Source: Macrostomum lignano (Eukaryota). Taken from it: a stretch of DNA of 64,000 nucleotides. The stretch is taken from assembly GCA_002269645.1 (NCBI GenBank), contig NIVC01003750.1, forward strand, positions 1 through 64,000, read 5' to 3'. The position numbers and the translations under genes were made by a program. The notes under the pieces are model-generated. The model had not been told where the DNA came from, ran no database searches, and worked only from the letters and a program-made list of their open reading frames with translations. Numbering within the stretch: the stretch's first letter is position 1; the number at the start of each line of letters is the position of its first letter. Below, one piece after another: positions 1 through 39,034 of the stretch.

Positions 1-254
1 CGTTTGAACTCGAAAGTATATTAGGATACCTTTTCTGTAGCAGAAAACTAGAAACGAAGTTATCAAGTCATATATTTTTTCTCTATGATTCAGAGACCTG
101 TTTTGTGAACAGAAAGAAGCTTATCTCCCCCCTACTGATAGTAGTCTTGCTAGAATCATATTTAAATATGTCCATTTTTGGCAGGTACAACAGTAGCAAG
201 ATAAAAAATCAGCACATCCAGGCCACATAAGCAGTGAGTAAGCTTTTTCATCAG

Positions 255-550
255 GGGGGGGGGGCGTAGCCCAGCGGTCTAGCGCAGGCTCTGGTGTGCC
301 AGCGACCCAGGCTCGATTCCAAGTGCAGTCACATTAATTTGGGGCTGAATTGGAATCTCGGCTTGGCTCTGCTCGTGCAATTAAGGCCTTGAGAGCCAAC
401 CCCCCAAGGCGCAGTGAAGTGTACATGCCTAACGATAAATAAAGTTAGGGCTGCTGTACACTCCTGTGTGAGTGTGTGCCTGCGTACGTATCCGCGCGCT
501 TGTGTGGCCTGCTCAGGGGAGTCGGTGGATCTCTGCTTCTAATAAAAAAA
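255..550 (+). mobile_element. tRNA-derived SINE (SINE2-like)
   Basis: Pol III A-box-like TAGCCCAGCGG and B-box-like GGCTCGATTCC in a tRNA-like head, followed by a ~200 bp unrelated body ending in AATAAAAAAA; near-duplicated T-rich flanks (tttttcatca / tttttatca). Confidence 0.6.
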
Positions 551-839
551 CATTTTTATCATTTTTTGTGTAAAATTCAGTAATTCAATAATTAATATGC
601 TCGTATTTGAATGAGTTTTACTATAAAGAAAAAAGGAGCTTTAAAGTAAGCAACTCATTTCGCATCGGTTCCAGTAAAAATCATGCAGGCTTTTATGAGC
701 TCTAATGTACGCTATGATTTTTTTTGTTCAGTTGAAATAAGCATATACGACCGTGAGAGCGCTAAACCGCATTTTATTTTTAAGGTCTACCAATTGTTAA
801 AAGTATGAATAGCTTAAAATAGACGGGCCCTGGACTCAC

Positions 840-1114
840 TCAGCATTGCAGGTTGAGCAGAGATGGACATCTCCAGTTTTGGTAGGAGGTAAGACGGACG
901 GACGGCTGTCAGCCCGCTGTTGCGGCACGGCGACTGTTGCGTTTGGGGCGAAGAGACTTGCTGCGAAAGTCGCTGGAGCTGTTCTGCAGGGCGCGCCCGT
1001 TCTTTCGTTTGCGGCGTCGAAGCGGCTGGAGGCGGCGCGACGGGGCGACTTAAATAGGCGAGTTTCCAGCAGAGCTGCGGCTGTTCGCAAGTAGTCCAGG
1101 TGAAGCTCGTCCAT
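840..1114 (-). CDS. Probable first coding exon of an unidentified gene continuing off the left of the window
   Basis: ATG-initiated GC-rich ORF (MDELHLDYLRTAAALLETRLFK...) ending at a perfect GTGAGT donor; no recognisable domain. Confidence 0.45.
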
Positions 1115-1589
1115 CGCTGGCTGCCTCTCCTCTCTCTCTCTCTTCCATCGCGAGCCCCATTGTTGCCAACCTCTAGAAGTTTCCAGTATTCCTCTTCACG
1201 TTTCCAGTAGCGCGGGAGCGCGAGGAGTGGTCACATTGTCAGAGAGACGCCCACATCTGCTGTCTCAGCGATGGTTTCAATGGCTGGCAAACCTTTTTTA
1301 GAGGGCTACCTTCAGTGTTCGTAAAAAGCATTCACTACACAGTTTACCTCAGTAGTCATTAAACTCTTGCTTAAACCGCAGGAAGACCAGGCGGCAATGG
1401 ACTGGACAAAAAGCAGAAAGAAGGAAGACAATGTGCACTGCTTAAGTTCAATAGCAATGCCTGTTATGGACATTGAGCATCGCTCTGCGTTTTTTTACGC
1501 TTACACTGCAGCATAGCGCTGCTTTAGCTCGGATATCTGTGGCCTGAAATGCGACAATATTCAAGTCTCACAACATTGAAATATCACGC

Positions 1590-1702
1590 CACCTAAAATC
1601 TCACCCTACATGAATCTCACCCTACATGAATCTCACCTTACATGAATCTCACCGTTCATGAATCTCACGCAACCTGAATTTCCCTACATGAATCTCACCC
1701 TA
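1590..1702. repeat. 16-bp minisatellite (ATGAATCTCACCCTAC)~6
   Basis: Tandem copies visible directly. Confidence 0.8.
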
Positions 1703-3583
1703 CGGGTGTCATAACGTATAGTTAGTGAGACTCCCAGAGTAGTGGGCGTGGCGGCCCGGCTCTCACTTCAGCTCAAACCGGAGCGAGCGGATTCTATTGA
1801 ATCAGAGCCAGCCATTGAGATGAGCCAAGCAGGTCCAGAATGAGCTGTCCGGAGAGGAAACAGGACTCCATGGCCGTCTTGACTACTCTGGGGCACTTCT
1901 GCAACTTCTGCAGTCGGGAAGCTCATTGTCTTGCTTGGGTACGGAGTCTCGGTGCGAGTTAGCGAGAGAAGATGGACTGGCTGTCTGCAAGCCAATCACA
2001 GCAGGGGCCTCCAACTTCCACGCAGTCTTCTCACCTCACCAAGGGGTGCCTGCCTACCCCATGCTAGTGGGCAGCCGCTCACCTTTAGTGCTCCTTTGGC
2101 CGAACACTAACTGCGTGCACAGCTTGGAGAATCTTCGGCATTTTACTGGATGGGGCTGAGCAGCGCAGCGCATTGAAACCTTGCATTGTGCACTTTGAAA
2201 CAGTCTTCGTGTCTTTTTCTATTTTCTGCATTTTCCGGTTCAGACCGGTCTATCGTGTTTTACGAGTAGGCCTTCTACTTCTAGCTCAATCTATCTAACT
2301 TCTATTTTAGCCTATCTAAAAAGTACATGCATGCGTAATGTCCCATGCTGTACGCCCATTATTCAACGCTTTGAAATTATTATTTGACTACTAAAAATAT
2401 ATTCATGAGATAATGTACTTGTGCATGTGGTTTGTCATAGACAATGTCCACAGGGCGCACTTGAGGGCCTGGGCGCGAACGTAGGCCGCACCGCCGGCAG
2501 TACCCGGGGCGCCGGAATCAGCCAGCAGGCCGCGTCAGCAGCAGCACCTCCTGCACCGGTTGCGGGCAGTACGACTCGGCTCGGATGCTATGGTTTGCCA
2601 GCTCAACTAAATAGACTGTCTATATTCCAGAGCGGCGCCTGCCAGCCACACTGACGGCGAGGATACTTCAACTAAAACCCGTGAGAGACGTCCTGATCTT
2701 TGCTTAGAGGCAGAGTCAGTTTTGTATTCGTCAACAGGACATGACCCGTTGTGCTGATGCAAAAACTCTCTGTATCCGAGATGAAGAATTTCCCGAATGA
2801 GATTCAAAACGATGGAAACTATATCTTCGACAAACCTAACCCTAACCCTAACCGGAGATATGAACCCCTCTTGATAAATGCACTTTGCCATCTTAGTTGC
2901 GCCCTCTTGCTTCACTCACGCAGTCGGTGCAACAAATCAGGAAAAGACTGTTCGAAGGCTCCAGCCAAGCTTTCGTCAGCATCTTTCGGGTAGACTGCAT
3001 GCTCATTCCCTAAACCTCTGAACTCGAAGTACATCGGCCATCAGTTTTGGCTCCATGATGCAGCAGTTCCTACTCTTCTTTGAGCACCTGCTCATAACCA
3101 GCCTCGATACCGTCTTCTTCCTTTGTGTCGTTCGTTTGTACCTAAGGCTCGTAAAGCCAGCAGCTTGCCGTATTGGTCTCCCTGCTTCCTGCATTGCAGC
3201 CAAGGACCAATGAAGTAAGTGTCTCCTACAGCAGTCCTTGATTGCATCCAGCACTCATTTGGTAATCTTAAGTGTGTGCGGAATAAGCCACTTTAAAAGG
3301 GACACCACCTTTTAAGATTGACTGTTTTATCTTGTGACCCCTTCCATTCTGTTTTGGCTAGAGCGTCTGGCCGTGGAAACCCTATCTCTCTCAGTTAGCA
3401 CAGTGGAACAAAGTGCAATTTTACTCGGTACGAAGGGAAATGAAGTGTCTATGGCATGCCCTGCTTGCCAACTGGTGAAATAGACACGTGTGGAAGAAAT
3501 TAAGTGCAGTAGACAAGTGGATAAATTTTAAAGGTATAATATCGAGGAAGCTTAAAACCACGAGTGACACTGAGAAAGCCGAT

Positions 3584-4323
3584 TGTCTAGAAATTCGGCG
3601 ATCATTATTCACATTTTTATGCAGAACAATACATTATGGGTAGGCTGCCTGGGTTGAAACGCGATTGAAACGCTCTCTACATTTGTCCGCCGTCACTGTC
3701 TATGGTTGAAGCATATTTCAATTATATTCAATTCATCACTTATAGCCACTGTATACTTCACTGCCAACAAACACAAGACCAAACACAACAGGAATGAAAC
3801 ACGAAGTAAACGAAATAATTCAGTAAATAACGCTTGGAAGCTCAAAATGATATGTGGCTGGAGAGTTCATCAATAGTTACCTCAATAGTTACATCTGTCA
3901 GTTAGCGTGGTCAAACGACAAAAATTCGGTGTTACCGATAATTCGCACGTTCCTTGTCTCCAGCACGTACCGATGAATAGACGCCCTGAAGCACACCAGA
4001 CTTCGGACAGCGTATGGCTTGCCTTCCTGACTCCTCGTAGCGTAGCGCCGAGGCTTTTCAGTTCATTTCAGTCCTCAACAGCCAGTCTATATTAATATAT
4101 TACTACAAACAATGCATTGTTTTTAGGATCGTCAAACAGAAAAACAATGCAAAGGCTTTTCTACTTTTCTACCTTCTACTTTTCTACTTTTCTACTTGTA
4201 GGCTTTTCTACCGGCGCTCGCCAGACAATCGTTGTCACACACTGGGACCGCTGATTATCTATCAATTATCCTTCATTTACTGCTGCTGAGTTTGAGACAG
4301 AGAAAATATTGATTATACATACG
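3584..4323 (+). repeat. Dispersed repeat copy, homologous in segments to 40722-40860 and 47312-47324
   Basis: Segments 3584-3631, 4099-4144, 4217-4258 and 4311-4323 match contiguous sequence at 40.7 kb and 47.3 kb. Confidence 0.6.
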
Positions 4324-4929
4324 AAGATGTCTACCAATGCTTGCAAATGTATGAAACTGTCCCACTATCTCAACTAGCATAATCCTAACACTGCAACAAC
4401 GCAACCTAACTATACGCACTGAGGGTAGCCAAGTGGAGAATAAACACACAATAGCTCGTAAATGTCATTGTCAAATGTCAATTCATTTTTGCCGAGTCTT
4501 CTCAGGCACAGCAGCTGACCATTCAACAGAGAAAAGCTACATGTATCGCCGCATTTTGAGCCCCCATAAAACAGTGGCTCCTCTGCTGCAGTGGCGCCAC
4601 TGGGCTTGGGTGTACATGTAGCTTCGAAGTTGAGGTCATGCAATGCGCTCACCCACATTGGACTCTCATCTGACAATTGTACCGTCAGGTGCTTCACCTT
4701 AGTCTATCACAGAGCTCCTCCCGACATTAGTGACTGTGGCAGTCATTTGCCAAACTACTCTTATCATGCAGACACTGCCCAGGTGCTTTACAATTTCCGA
4801 AATTTTTCCGCAAGCTCAGGTGCGCGATTGTCAAAAGTGAAACTGCAAGAGGTGAAATCTCTTTTCTATTAGCAATACAAAAGCTCACTTTTTGTCCTAC
4901 TGGGCTCAATGTGTGGATTGGGGCGCCGT

Positions 4930-5825
4930 GATAGGTGTGCATGATGGGATTGGAGGGTGACAGGTGTGCATGGGATGGGGGATGAAAGGTGTACATGGGA
5001 TTGGGAGGTGACAGGTGTGCATGGGATAGGGGAGGTGACAGGCGTGCATGGGATAGGGGAGGTGACAGGTGTGCATGGGATCGGGGAGGTGACAGGTGTG
5101 CATGGGATCGGGGAGGTGACAGGTGTGCATGGGATAGGGGAGGTGACAGGTGTGCATGGGACTGGGGGGTGACAGGTGTCCATGTGATTTGGGATGACAG
5201 GTGTGCATGGGATGGGGGATGAAAGGTGTACATGGGATTGGGAGGTGACAGGTGTGCATGGGATAGGGGAGGTGACAGGTGTGCATGGGACTGGGGGTGA
5301 CAGGTGTGCATGGGATAGGGGAGGTGACAGGTGTGCATGGGATTGGGAGGTGACAGGTGTGCATGGGATAGGGGAGGTGACAGGTGTGCATGGGATCGGG
5401 AGGTGACAGGTGTCCATGGGATCGGGGAGGTGACAGGTGTGCATGGGATCGGGAGGTGACAGGTGTGCATGGGATCGGGGAGGTGACAGGTGTGCATGGG
5501 ATCGGGAGGTGACAGGTGTGCAAGGGATCGGGGAGGTGACAGGTGTGCATGGGATCGGGGAGGTGACAGGTGTGCATGGGATCGGGGAGGTGACAGGTGT
5601 GCAAGGGATCGGGGAGGTGACAGTGTGCATGGGATCGGGGAGGTGACAGGTGTGCATGGGATCGGGGGTGACAGGTGTGCATAGGACTGGGGTGACAGGT
5701 GTGCATGGGACTGGGGGTGACAGGTGTGCATGGGACTGGGGGTGACAGGTGTGCATGGAGTTAGGGGGGGGGGGTGACAGGTGTGCATGGGATCAGGGGG
5801 TGACAGGTGTGCATGGGATGGGGCA
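4930..5825. repeat. ~26-bp G-rich minisatellite (GGGAGGTGACAGGTGTGCATGGGATC)n
   Basis: Tandem copies; source of the repetitive ORFs at 4727-5788. Confidence 0.95.
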
Positions 5826-6519
5826 CTCTGACAGGTACATGCATGCGTCGGGGGCTAAGCACAAAAATTTGACCTTTAAAAGCTACGAGCAGCAGGCCTG
5901 CCGCACTTCGGCAGCATTTCTTTTACCACTCCAGCCATAATTGGCAGTCGCAACATGCGCTTCTCTACCAAACTCGGCAGCTCTCACGCGAAAATTAAAG
6001 TACTGGGCGGGTACATTTCAACCCTCAGAGAAACAACAAACGAAAATTTGCTCCTTGCAGCATTAAAATAGCCTGGCTCGAGATGCTGGAATGATGAGGC
6101 GCACTGTGAATTGCCCAGTGACCCCTCATTAAGCCATGCCAGCAGGGAAGCACTCAGAAAGACAAGCTCTACAGGCCTGCTGCAAAAAAGGGCTACTTAA
6201 AATGTTTCAGTAATGGCAGAATTTTTGCGCAAACCAAAGACTCGCAACAACGCCCACACGGTTCCGCCATAGCGCTGAGAGTTGTGGCAGAACTTTAATT
6301 GCAGCTCAAAACCTTGAAAGCGTAAACAGAAAATCTCTTTCTCTCTAAGAACATCGCTGCCAGCCGCACCCAGTAAGGCAGAAAATATTTCTGAGTAGAA
6401 AATTTTTACGGATTAGGCTTCTACCATGAACTGTTAAACTGAATATGTTCTGTCATGACCTTACATATGCTAATTACCGGTATTTATTAATTCCGTCGGT
6501 CTGCTTCCGTTAGTCTGCG

Positions 6520-6877
6520 TGCATGTCTGTCTGACTGAGTGACTGTCTGTTTGTCTGTCTGTCTGTGTCTGTCTGTCTGTCTGTCTGTGTCTGTCTGTAT
6601 GTCTGTCTGTCTGTCTGACTGTCTGTCTGGCTGTCTGTCTGTCTGTCTGTATGCCTGTCTGTCTCTGTCTGCCTGTCTGTCTCTGTCTGCCTGTCTGTCT
6701 GTCTCTGTCTGCCTGTCTGTCTGTCTGTCTGTGTCTGTCTGTCTGTCTGTCTGTCTGTGTCTGTCTGTCTGTCTGTCTGTCTGTGTCTGTCTGTCTGTCT
6801 GTCTGTCTGTGTCTGTCTGTCTGTCTGTCTGTGTGTCTGTCTTCTGTCTGTCTGTTTGTCTGTCTATCTTCTGTCTG

Positions 6878-6964
<87 letters not shown>

Positions 6965-7010
6965 TTGTCTGTCTATCTTCTGTCTGTGTCTGTCTGTCTG
7001 TCTGTCTGCC

Positions 7011-7063
<53 letters not shown>

Positions 7064-7090
7064 GGGTCTGTCTGTCTGTCTGTCTGTGCT
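6520..7090. repeat. (GTCT)n / GACA microsatellite, imperfect
   Basis: Direct observation. Confidence 0.95.
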
Positions 7091-7959
7091 GCCTGCGACA
7101 GTTTGGCAAAAGACAAACCAATGACCAAGCACCCAAACCAATTCATAATTAGCAGTTTAGCGTCTGATAATCTGATAATAATTTACTGAGCTGAATAGCA
7201 GTAGTACAGTGCGAGTATGCGGCGTATAATTTAGGAACACAGACAACTTTCTAAGGTACTAAAACAAGTCAAGGATCGGTGGGAACGGTCTACAAGAAAT
7301 ATTGTCGAGCTCTTGGCGTGAAGACAGCCCGCATGCCTTCAAGTCTCATCGCCAAATCCGAAGGGCTGTAATGAAGACCGCACAGAGCAGCGGCCGATAA
7401 ATTTTCGCCTAAATAGAAAAGTCGCGAAGCTATTGAGAATGAAACCGCTTGCAATTTGGCCGAGCTCGCAATGCCCTCAACACACTACTGACAGTAGCGC
7501 TATGATAATCAGTAGTCACAAAAGTTTTTTTCGCCATAATTTGAAAATGAATCAAAATGTAATCATGATTATAGAATAGTTGGAGAACTTCACCACGCAA
7601 GCTTTATCACAATAGTCAGAGGCAGGGCTGACGAAATGAAATTGAGAAAAGCTATAAATATCTGGCAACTCGGCCCTGGCATCCTGCACAACCGCAAGCT
7701 TTCAAGACAGAAAATTACAATTTTGCTAAGAGTCAACAGCTATTAATTTCTCACGCAAAAGTTCAAATTACATCTTTATAGTTTGCAAAACAATATCTAA
7801 CTAGTAAACTGCATATACTACTTAGTAGTGATAAAATGGTAGCAAAAATAAGGAAGCCAAACTGTTTCGATTCATACACAAAAATACCTATATGTATAGA
7901 AGTCTGCCCATGGTGCTGATGCAGCAACCTCTGTGCTAGGAGTGCTTCTTAGCGTGCTG

Positions 7960-8510
7960 CAAGGAGTGATTCTCGGGGTGCCACAGGGAGTGATTCTCAG
8001 GGTGCTGCAGGGAGTGATCCTCGAGTGCTACAGGGAGTGATTCCCAGGTTTGCCGCAGGGAGTGATTCTCAGGTTTGCCGCAGGGAGTGATTCTCAGGTT
8101 TGCCGCAGGGAGTGATTCTCAGGTTTGCCGCAGGGAGTGATTCTCAGGTTTGCCGCAGGGAGTGATTCTCAGGTTTGCCGCAGGGAGTGATTCTCGAGTG
8201 CTGCAGGGAGTGATTCTCAGGGTGCCCACAGGGAGTGATTCTCAGGGTGCAATAGAAAGTGATTCTCAGGGTGCCGCAGGGAGTGATTCTTAGGGTGCTG
8301 CAGGGAGTGATTCTCAGGGTACCACAGGGAGTGATTCTCAGGGTGCCACATGGAGTGATTCTCAGTGTGCCACAGGGAGTGATTCTCTGGTTTGCTACAG
8401 GGAGTGATTCTCGAGTGCTGCAGGGAGTGATTCTCAGGTTTGCCACAGGGAGTGATTCTCAGGGTGCCACAGGGAGTGATTCTCAGGTTTGCCGCAGGGA
8501 GTGATTCTCA
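7960..8510. repeat. 24-25-bp minisatellite (CAGGGAGTGATTCTCAGGTTTGCCG)n
   Basis: Period of 25 measured at 8101/8126/8151; 24-bp variants also present. Confidence 0.95.
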
Positions 8511-8799
8511 GCGGTTCAGGAGATTTCTGCGTGTACATTCTGGCGCTTTAAATGTTGCACAAAAGTCGTGAGGGGCTGCATCGACTCCAAGTGAGCAGTG
8601 AACGCCAGAGAGTGACTGCAATAAGCAGGAGCGGATAGAAGTGAATAACAGTAATAATAATATTTAATAACACAGTTTTCTTTGTGTAAAATACAAAAGG
8701 TATTTCCAAACAAATAAATAATATAAAAACAATACAAACTCCGAACCGAATAGCAAATCAACATGCAAGCTGTCCGTCAGCGGGCAGACAGCCACGATA

Positions 8800-9065
8800 C
8801 AGTGACAGGCAATGGCACTGACAGTGACAACAGACAATATCACTTACAGTGACAACAGACAATGGCACTGAGAGTGACAACTGACGATGGCACTGACAAT
8901 GACAACTGACAATGGCACTGACAGTGACAACTGACAATGGCACTGACAGTGACTGACAGTGACAACTGACAGTGACAACTGACAATGGCACTGACAGTGA
9001 CAACTGACAGTGACAACTGACAGTGACAACTGACAATGGCACTGACAGTGACTGACAGTGGTGTC
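8800..9065. repeat. Short-period minisatellite (ACTGACAGTGACA / ACTGACAATGGC)
   Basis: Direct observation. Confidence 0.9.
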
Positions 9066-9437
9066 ACCTGCCCAATCACAGAAAAATTGCAAAAGCATTT
9101 CCCAGAAAGCAGTGATTAAACAGCAGTTCACTTCAGTCAGCACTGCGGCATGCGCGGGCAGGCAGACGGTGAGGCCGTGACGGTGAGGCGAACAGCTAGG
9201 AGCTGCTGCTGGGTGGCTGCTGAAAGCGGAACAGAGATGAGCACAATAAGCAATATCATCAAAATGGAGGTGGAGCTCAAATCGCCTAATGATTTAGCAG
9301 TTTGCAGAAACAGCCACTGTCTGAGAACGAAGGTGGAACACGTCACTTCAAGCTGCATGCATGGCCTATTTACATTAATATGTACAGATATGTACAGCAG
9401 TATCAAGCATTGCAAGCCACATCTAACTGGGTTATTT

Positions 9438-34700
<25,263 letters not shown>

Positions 34701-35869
34701 GGCTTTCTCATAGTTATCGCGCTCTATTTCATAAGGTGTCTTTCGACGATTAAGAGCTTGTTGGAGCTTTGTTGCCATTTTATGGCTTCAGTAGCAAACC
34801 TATTGAGGAGCCTAAGATGCAAAATACCGTTTGATCACAAGTTAATGAATGAGTAAGTGCGAACGCGGAAAAGGGCTATAATTAATAAGCTACACAACAC
34901 CACCGGACTGTGCCTAGATAAGTAGTTAGTAGACAAACAAGATACGATATATAAACAACACTACACTTCAAGTCGTTTTTAAAGACAAATATCCCAATAC
35001 AAGCAGTCCAGATAAGTCCTAAAAGTCAAGAGAAAAGTAAATCACATTTATTCATAGCACGTGATATCTGAAGTTAGTTACTTGTATGGCTTGATCGCAA
35101 GCGGTGAATGACGGTGAAAACAAAAATTTCTTTTCTTTTTCTGGGAAACCTCTCTTTTTCAATTCAATATCTTCTAACTACCTTTCTTAACATTCAAAAA
35201 TACTTTTTAAGTTTTTATATAATACGTGATATTATAATCATCCTTTTGTTTTTGTCCAGTTAATTACTAAAACTACGCATTGTATTTCTACTTTTTGTTA
35301 ATACCTGTTAAAATTTATCAATTTAATTGGACCATTAAAAGAAATGAATAGTATAGTAAAACACAACATTCGCCAATCGAAAAAAAATTGAAAAATCGAA
35401 CTCAAAATGCAGGAAATTATTAAGAAAGCTGTTTATCTGGTTATATTTTTTACGATTATTCAGCCAAAATTTACATGTAAGTCGACATCAATTGCATGAA
35501 ATTTAGGAAGTTAAATATGTTGTACCCGTGCAGAATTAAGCATGCAGTAATCTGATGCGTTTAATTGGGCTAATGCTTAATGGCAATACACACTGAACAT
35601 GTATTAAAAAAATTTCAGACGCCAGAATCCTCAACAAAAGGCTAGACTATGGTCTTTTCGAGTCGTCTCAACAATCCAGCAGCTATTTTGTCAATGAAAA
35701 TGAAGTCTATCTTTGTTTCAACAAGACAGACAAAGAAATCGACGGCTTTTTTATTTTCATTCCAACAACGTGACAGACAGCGGATATCACTGGCTAGTTG
35801 TAAAACTGCGCAGACTAATTGCGATTTCCGCCGTGACCATTCAGAGCAGAGGCAAGAGTTGAGTTTCTG

Positions 35870-36130
35870 CCTGTTGTCTGTCTCTGTCCTTTTGTCTGTC
35901 TTTCTCTCTGTCTGTCCTTTTGCCCGTCTTTCTGTCTGTCTGTCCTTCTGCCTGTCTTTCTGTCTGTCTGTCCTTTTGCCTGTCTTTCTGTCTGTCTGTC
36001 CTTTTGCCTGTCTTTCTGTCTGTCTGTCCTTTTGCCTGTCTTTCTGTCTGTCTATCCTTTTGCCTGTCTTTCTGTCTGTCTGTCCTTTTGCCTGTCTTTC
36101 TGTCTGTCTGTCCTTTTGCCTGTCTTTCTG
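35870..36130. repeat. Degenerate TCTG / TCCTTTTGCC compound repeat
   Basis: Direct observation. Confidence 0.85.
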
Positions 36131-36175
36131 TCATGAGTAGTATTTCGTCATCTTCACCCACTCCGATCAACCTGC

Positions 36176-38777
36176 AGAACTGTCTTCTAGGGAGATCTTC
36201 AATCGCTCAGTCGGCATCGAAGTGTGGTTGCAGAGTCAGCCCAGTGATTTCCAGCTAGACAGACAGCACAGTTGCAACTCAAGCAGAACTGCATTGGAAT
36301 TTAAGAGGACAAAAGCCAGCTGGGCCTTTTGTGGCACATCATTAGGAGATTCTGCTGGCCAAAAACTTACTGTGAATTGCCCAAAGACTGAAGTGGTGAA
36401 TCAAAAGCTAATCATTTTGCATTTGGTATATCTAATGATTTTGCTACCCATCGCAGGCATCTGCTCCTGACACCAACATCCTTGATTCTTGGTGCCAAAC
36501 GCCGATTTCAGGCACCAAGCAATTTCCGAAACCGACACCCCCTCCGATTTCCGACACCGACACAATCTTTTCCCGACGCCAAACCACGACTTTCGACGCC
36601 AATATCTGGTTCCCGACACCACAACCCCTTATTGAATATTTCAAATCTCTGACTTCCGCACAAAAACACTCAATTCGCATCCGCAGACCAGCATGCTTAA
36701 ACACTCAATTCACATCCGCAGACCAGCATGCTTAAACACTCAATTCGCATCCGCAGACCAGCATGCTTAAACACTCAATTCACATCCGCAGACCAGCATG
36801 CTTAAACACTCAATTCGCATCCACAGACCAGCATGCTTAAACACTCAATTCGCATCCGCAGACCAGCATGCTTAAACACTCAATTCGTATCCGCAGACCA
36901 GCATGCTTAAACACTCAATTCGTATCCGCAGACCAGCATGCTTAAACACTCAATTCACATCCGCAGACCAGCATGCTTAAACACTCAATTCGCATCCGCA
37001 GACCAGCATGCTTAAACACTCAATTCGCATCCGCAGACCAGCATGCTTAAACACTCAATTCGCATCCGCAGACCAGCATGCTTAAACACTCAATTCGCAT
37101 CCGCAGACCAGCATGCTTAAACACTCAATTCGCGTCCACAGACCAGCATGCTTAAACACTCAATTCGCATCCGCAGACCAGCATGCTGTTGTTGCGAAAG
37201 CCGGTAAGCCAACTGCCTGGCGAAAACTACATGGCATTTTCCAACCTCTGGCTTGGAGAAGACGCCGACTACTTCGATTCGTCTGGTGAGCGAGTGGCTA
37301 GAAGAAGTGGCCATGAAAAATGAAGGATATTTACTGTAAATCTGAAGGTGAATTTCCAAAACCCCAGGTACCCCAAGTACGCCAGTATAGTGTCTGTAGT
37401 CGGCTCGCATGTAAGCATTAGAAGCACAGAATAAGGCCGGAGATAGCAAGCACCTGGCAGGAACATCAACACAGGCCACAAATCCAATTCAAACAAGCAT
37501 CTTTGACTTACTTACTTCACTTAGCTGCAGGGTGGTCTGTAGACACAGCGGGGAGGCAAGGAAGTGGTCAAACTAGAATTCACAAACAAGCATCAGTTAT
37601 GCAGCTAATTAAATTGGTTGAACTTGCTGAATCCGGCCCAGTTTGTTTAAACCGCATCGGGGTGAGAATTTGTTCCCAATTCAAATTTGACTGCTAGCTG
37701 CTAAAATTATAACAAATCACCAAGTGTTGCCTTGGCGGAAATTTTCAGGAGAGGGCCCGGACCGACTGCGCCTCGGCCCGATGCTCCTGGCTGGGGCAAT
37801 TCCGCTGGCAGCTATCCTCATTGCCGCTGCCACTCTGGCTATTCTCTACGCCAGGATGCAGGTGATTTGGCCTTTGCTTTTGTGTGCGAAAGTCAGGGAG
37901 TGCGATTCGGGATGTCAGATTTTAGGGGCTCAGCTTGGGTGTGTCAGGGACTACAGTTTGTGTGTGTCAGGGACTGCAGTTTGGGTGTGTCAGGGACTGC
38001 AGCTTGTGTGTCAGGGACTGCAGTTTGGGTGTGTCAGGGGCTGCAGCTTGTGTGTCAAGGACTGCAGTTTGGGTATGTCAGGGACTGCAGTTTGGGTGTG
38101 TCAGGGACTGCAGTTTGGGTGTGTCAGGGGCTGCAGTTTGGGTGTGTCAGGGTCTGCAGATTGGGTGTGTCAGGGTCTGCAGATTGGGTGTGTCAGGGTC
38201 TGCAGTTTGAGTGTGTCAGGTCTGCAGATTGGGTGTGTCAGGGGCTGCAGTTTGGGTGTGTCAGGCTGCAGCTTGAGTGTCAGGGACTGCAGCTTGAGTG
38301 TCAGGGACTGCAGCTTGAGTGTCAGGGACTGCAGTTTGAGTGTCAGGGACTGCAGTTTGAGTGTCAGGGACTGCAGTTTGAGTGTCAGGGACTGCAGCTT
38401 GAGTGTCAGGGAGAGGCTCGAGTCTTGTCTGAATCACTCTGCACCTGTGTGACTGCAAACAAATTTTACCGGAAAGCAACCAAAGCCACAAAAATCGAGC
38501 TTCGACTTCCACCTGACCCTCCGAGCAGAAGCAGGTGCTCAAGGCCAGAGCGGCCACAGAGCAGCAGCAGCAAGCTGAGCAGCGGACCGAGGATTACCAA
38601 GGCCTGGGCAGCCGCATCAGCGCCCTGTTCTACTCCCAGGCTGTGCATCTCTTCTCGGCTAGCGGGCCACAAGTGGAAGAGGAGACGGGCATCTACGATC
38701 AGGTGCTGATTCTGGGCGAGCAATCCAAGCATGCGCCTGACAACGAGGAGTCCAAACCCTCGCATAGTAGCGGGTAG
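36176..38777 (+). CDS. Partial multi-exon single-pass membrane protein (Cys/N-glycosylation-site ectodomain, TM helix, Tyr-motif tail)
   Basis: Well-supported exons 37749-37860 (..MLLAGAIPLAAILIAAATLAILYARMQ) and 38535-38777 (VLKARAATEQ..EDYQGL..EEETGIYDQV..*) join in phase 0. Probable upstream exons ~37201-37286 (..ENYMAFSNLWLGEDADYFDSSG, GTGAG donor phase 1) and ~36176-36395. Confidence 0.55.
36664..37185. repeat. 35-bp minisatellite (AAACACTCAATTCGCATCCGCAGACCAGCATGCTT)~14.5
   Basis: Period of 35 at 36664/36699; no spacers. Confidence 0.95.
37930..38410. repeat. 21-23-bp minisatellite (GTGTCAGGGACTGCAGTTTGGGT)n
   Basis: Intronic tandem copies. Confidence 0.92.
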
Positions 38778-39034
38778 CCTTTCGGTGCTAAGTAGGCGTC
38801 ACAGGCTTATGGACAGCTAAGTAGAAGGATTATAATTGACAATATCTCTTCTTATGGACATCTGTGATTCAAATGATTTTGTGCGCACGGGCTCGTGGGG
38901 ATGTGCGCATTGAACTTAATCCAAGTAAGGTTTGCAGGGGGTGGCCTTTCATAGATTTTGCAAGTCTAAAAAAGTGACAGGGCAACTCACAAGCAGCAAA
39001 AATTGTAAAGTTCTGACAATCTTCAAGCGAACTG

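Noticed and set aside
255-330. Functional tRNA gene
   Set aside because: No convincing acceptor stem, the B box is imperfect, and it continues into a SINE-like body.
2836-2852. (CCCTAA)3 telomere-like motif
   Set aside because: Only ~3 units, with no sign of a fusion or healing site.
4410-4710. Cys-containing minus-strand ORF as a possible exon, along with candidates at 1768-2159, 2600-3250, 5990-6180 and 58010-58230
   Set aside because: Protein-like in places, but I recognised no domain and could not build a phase-consistent exon chain.
36664-37185. 35-bp repeat array of CRISPR-like length
   Set aside because: Units are head-to-tail with no unique spacers, there are no cas genes, and the context is eukaryotic.
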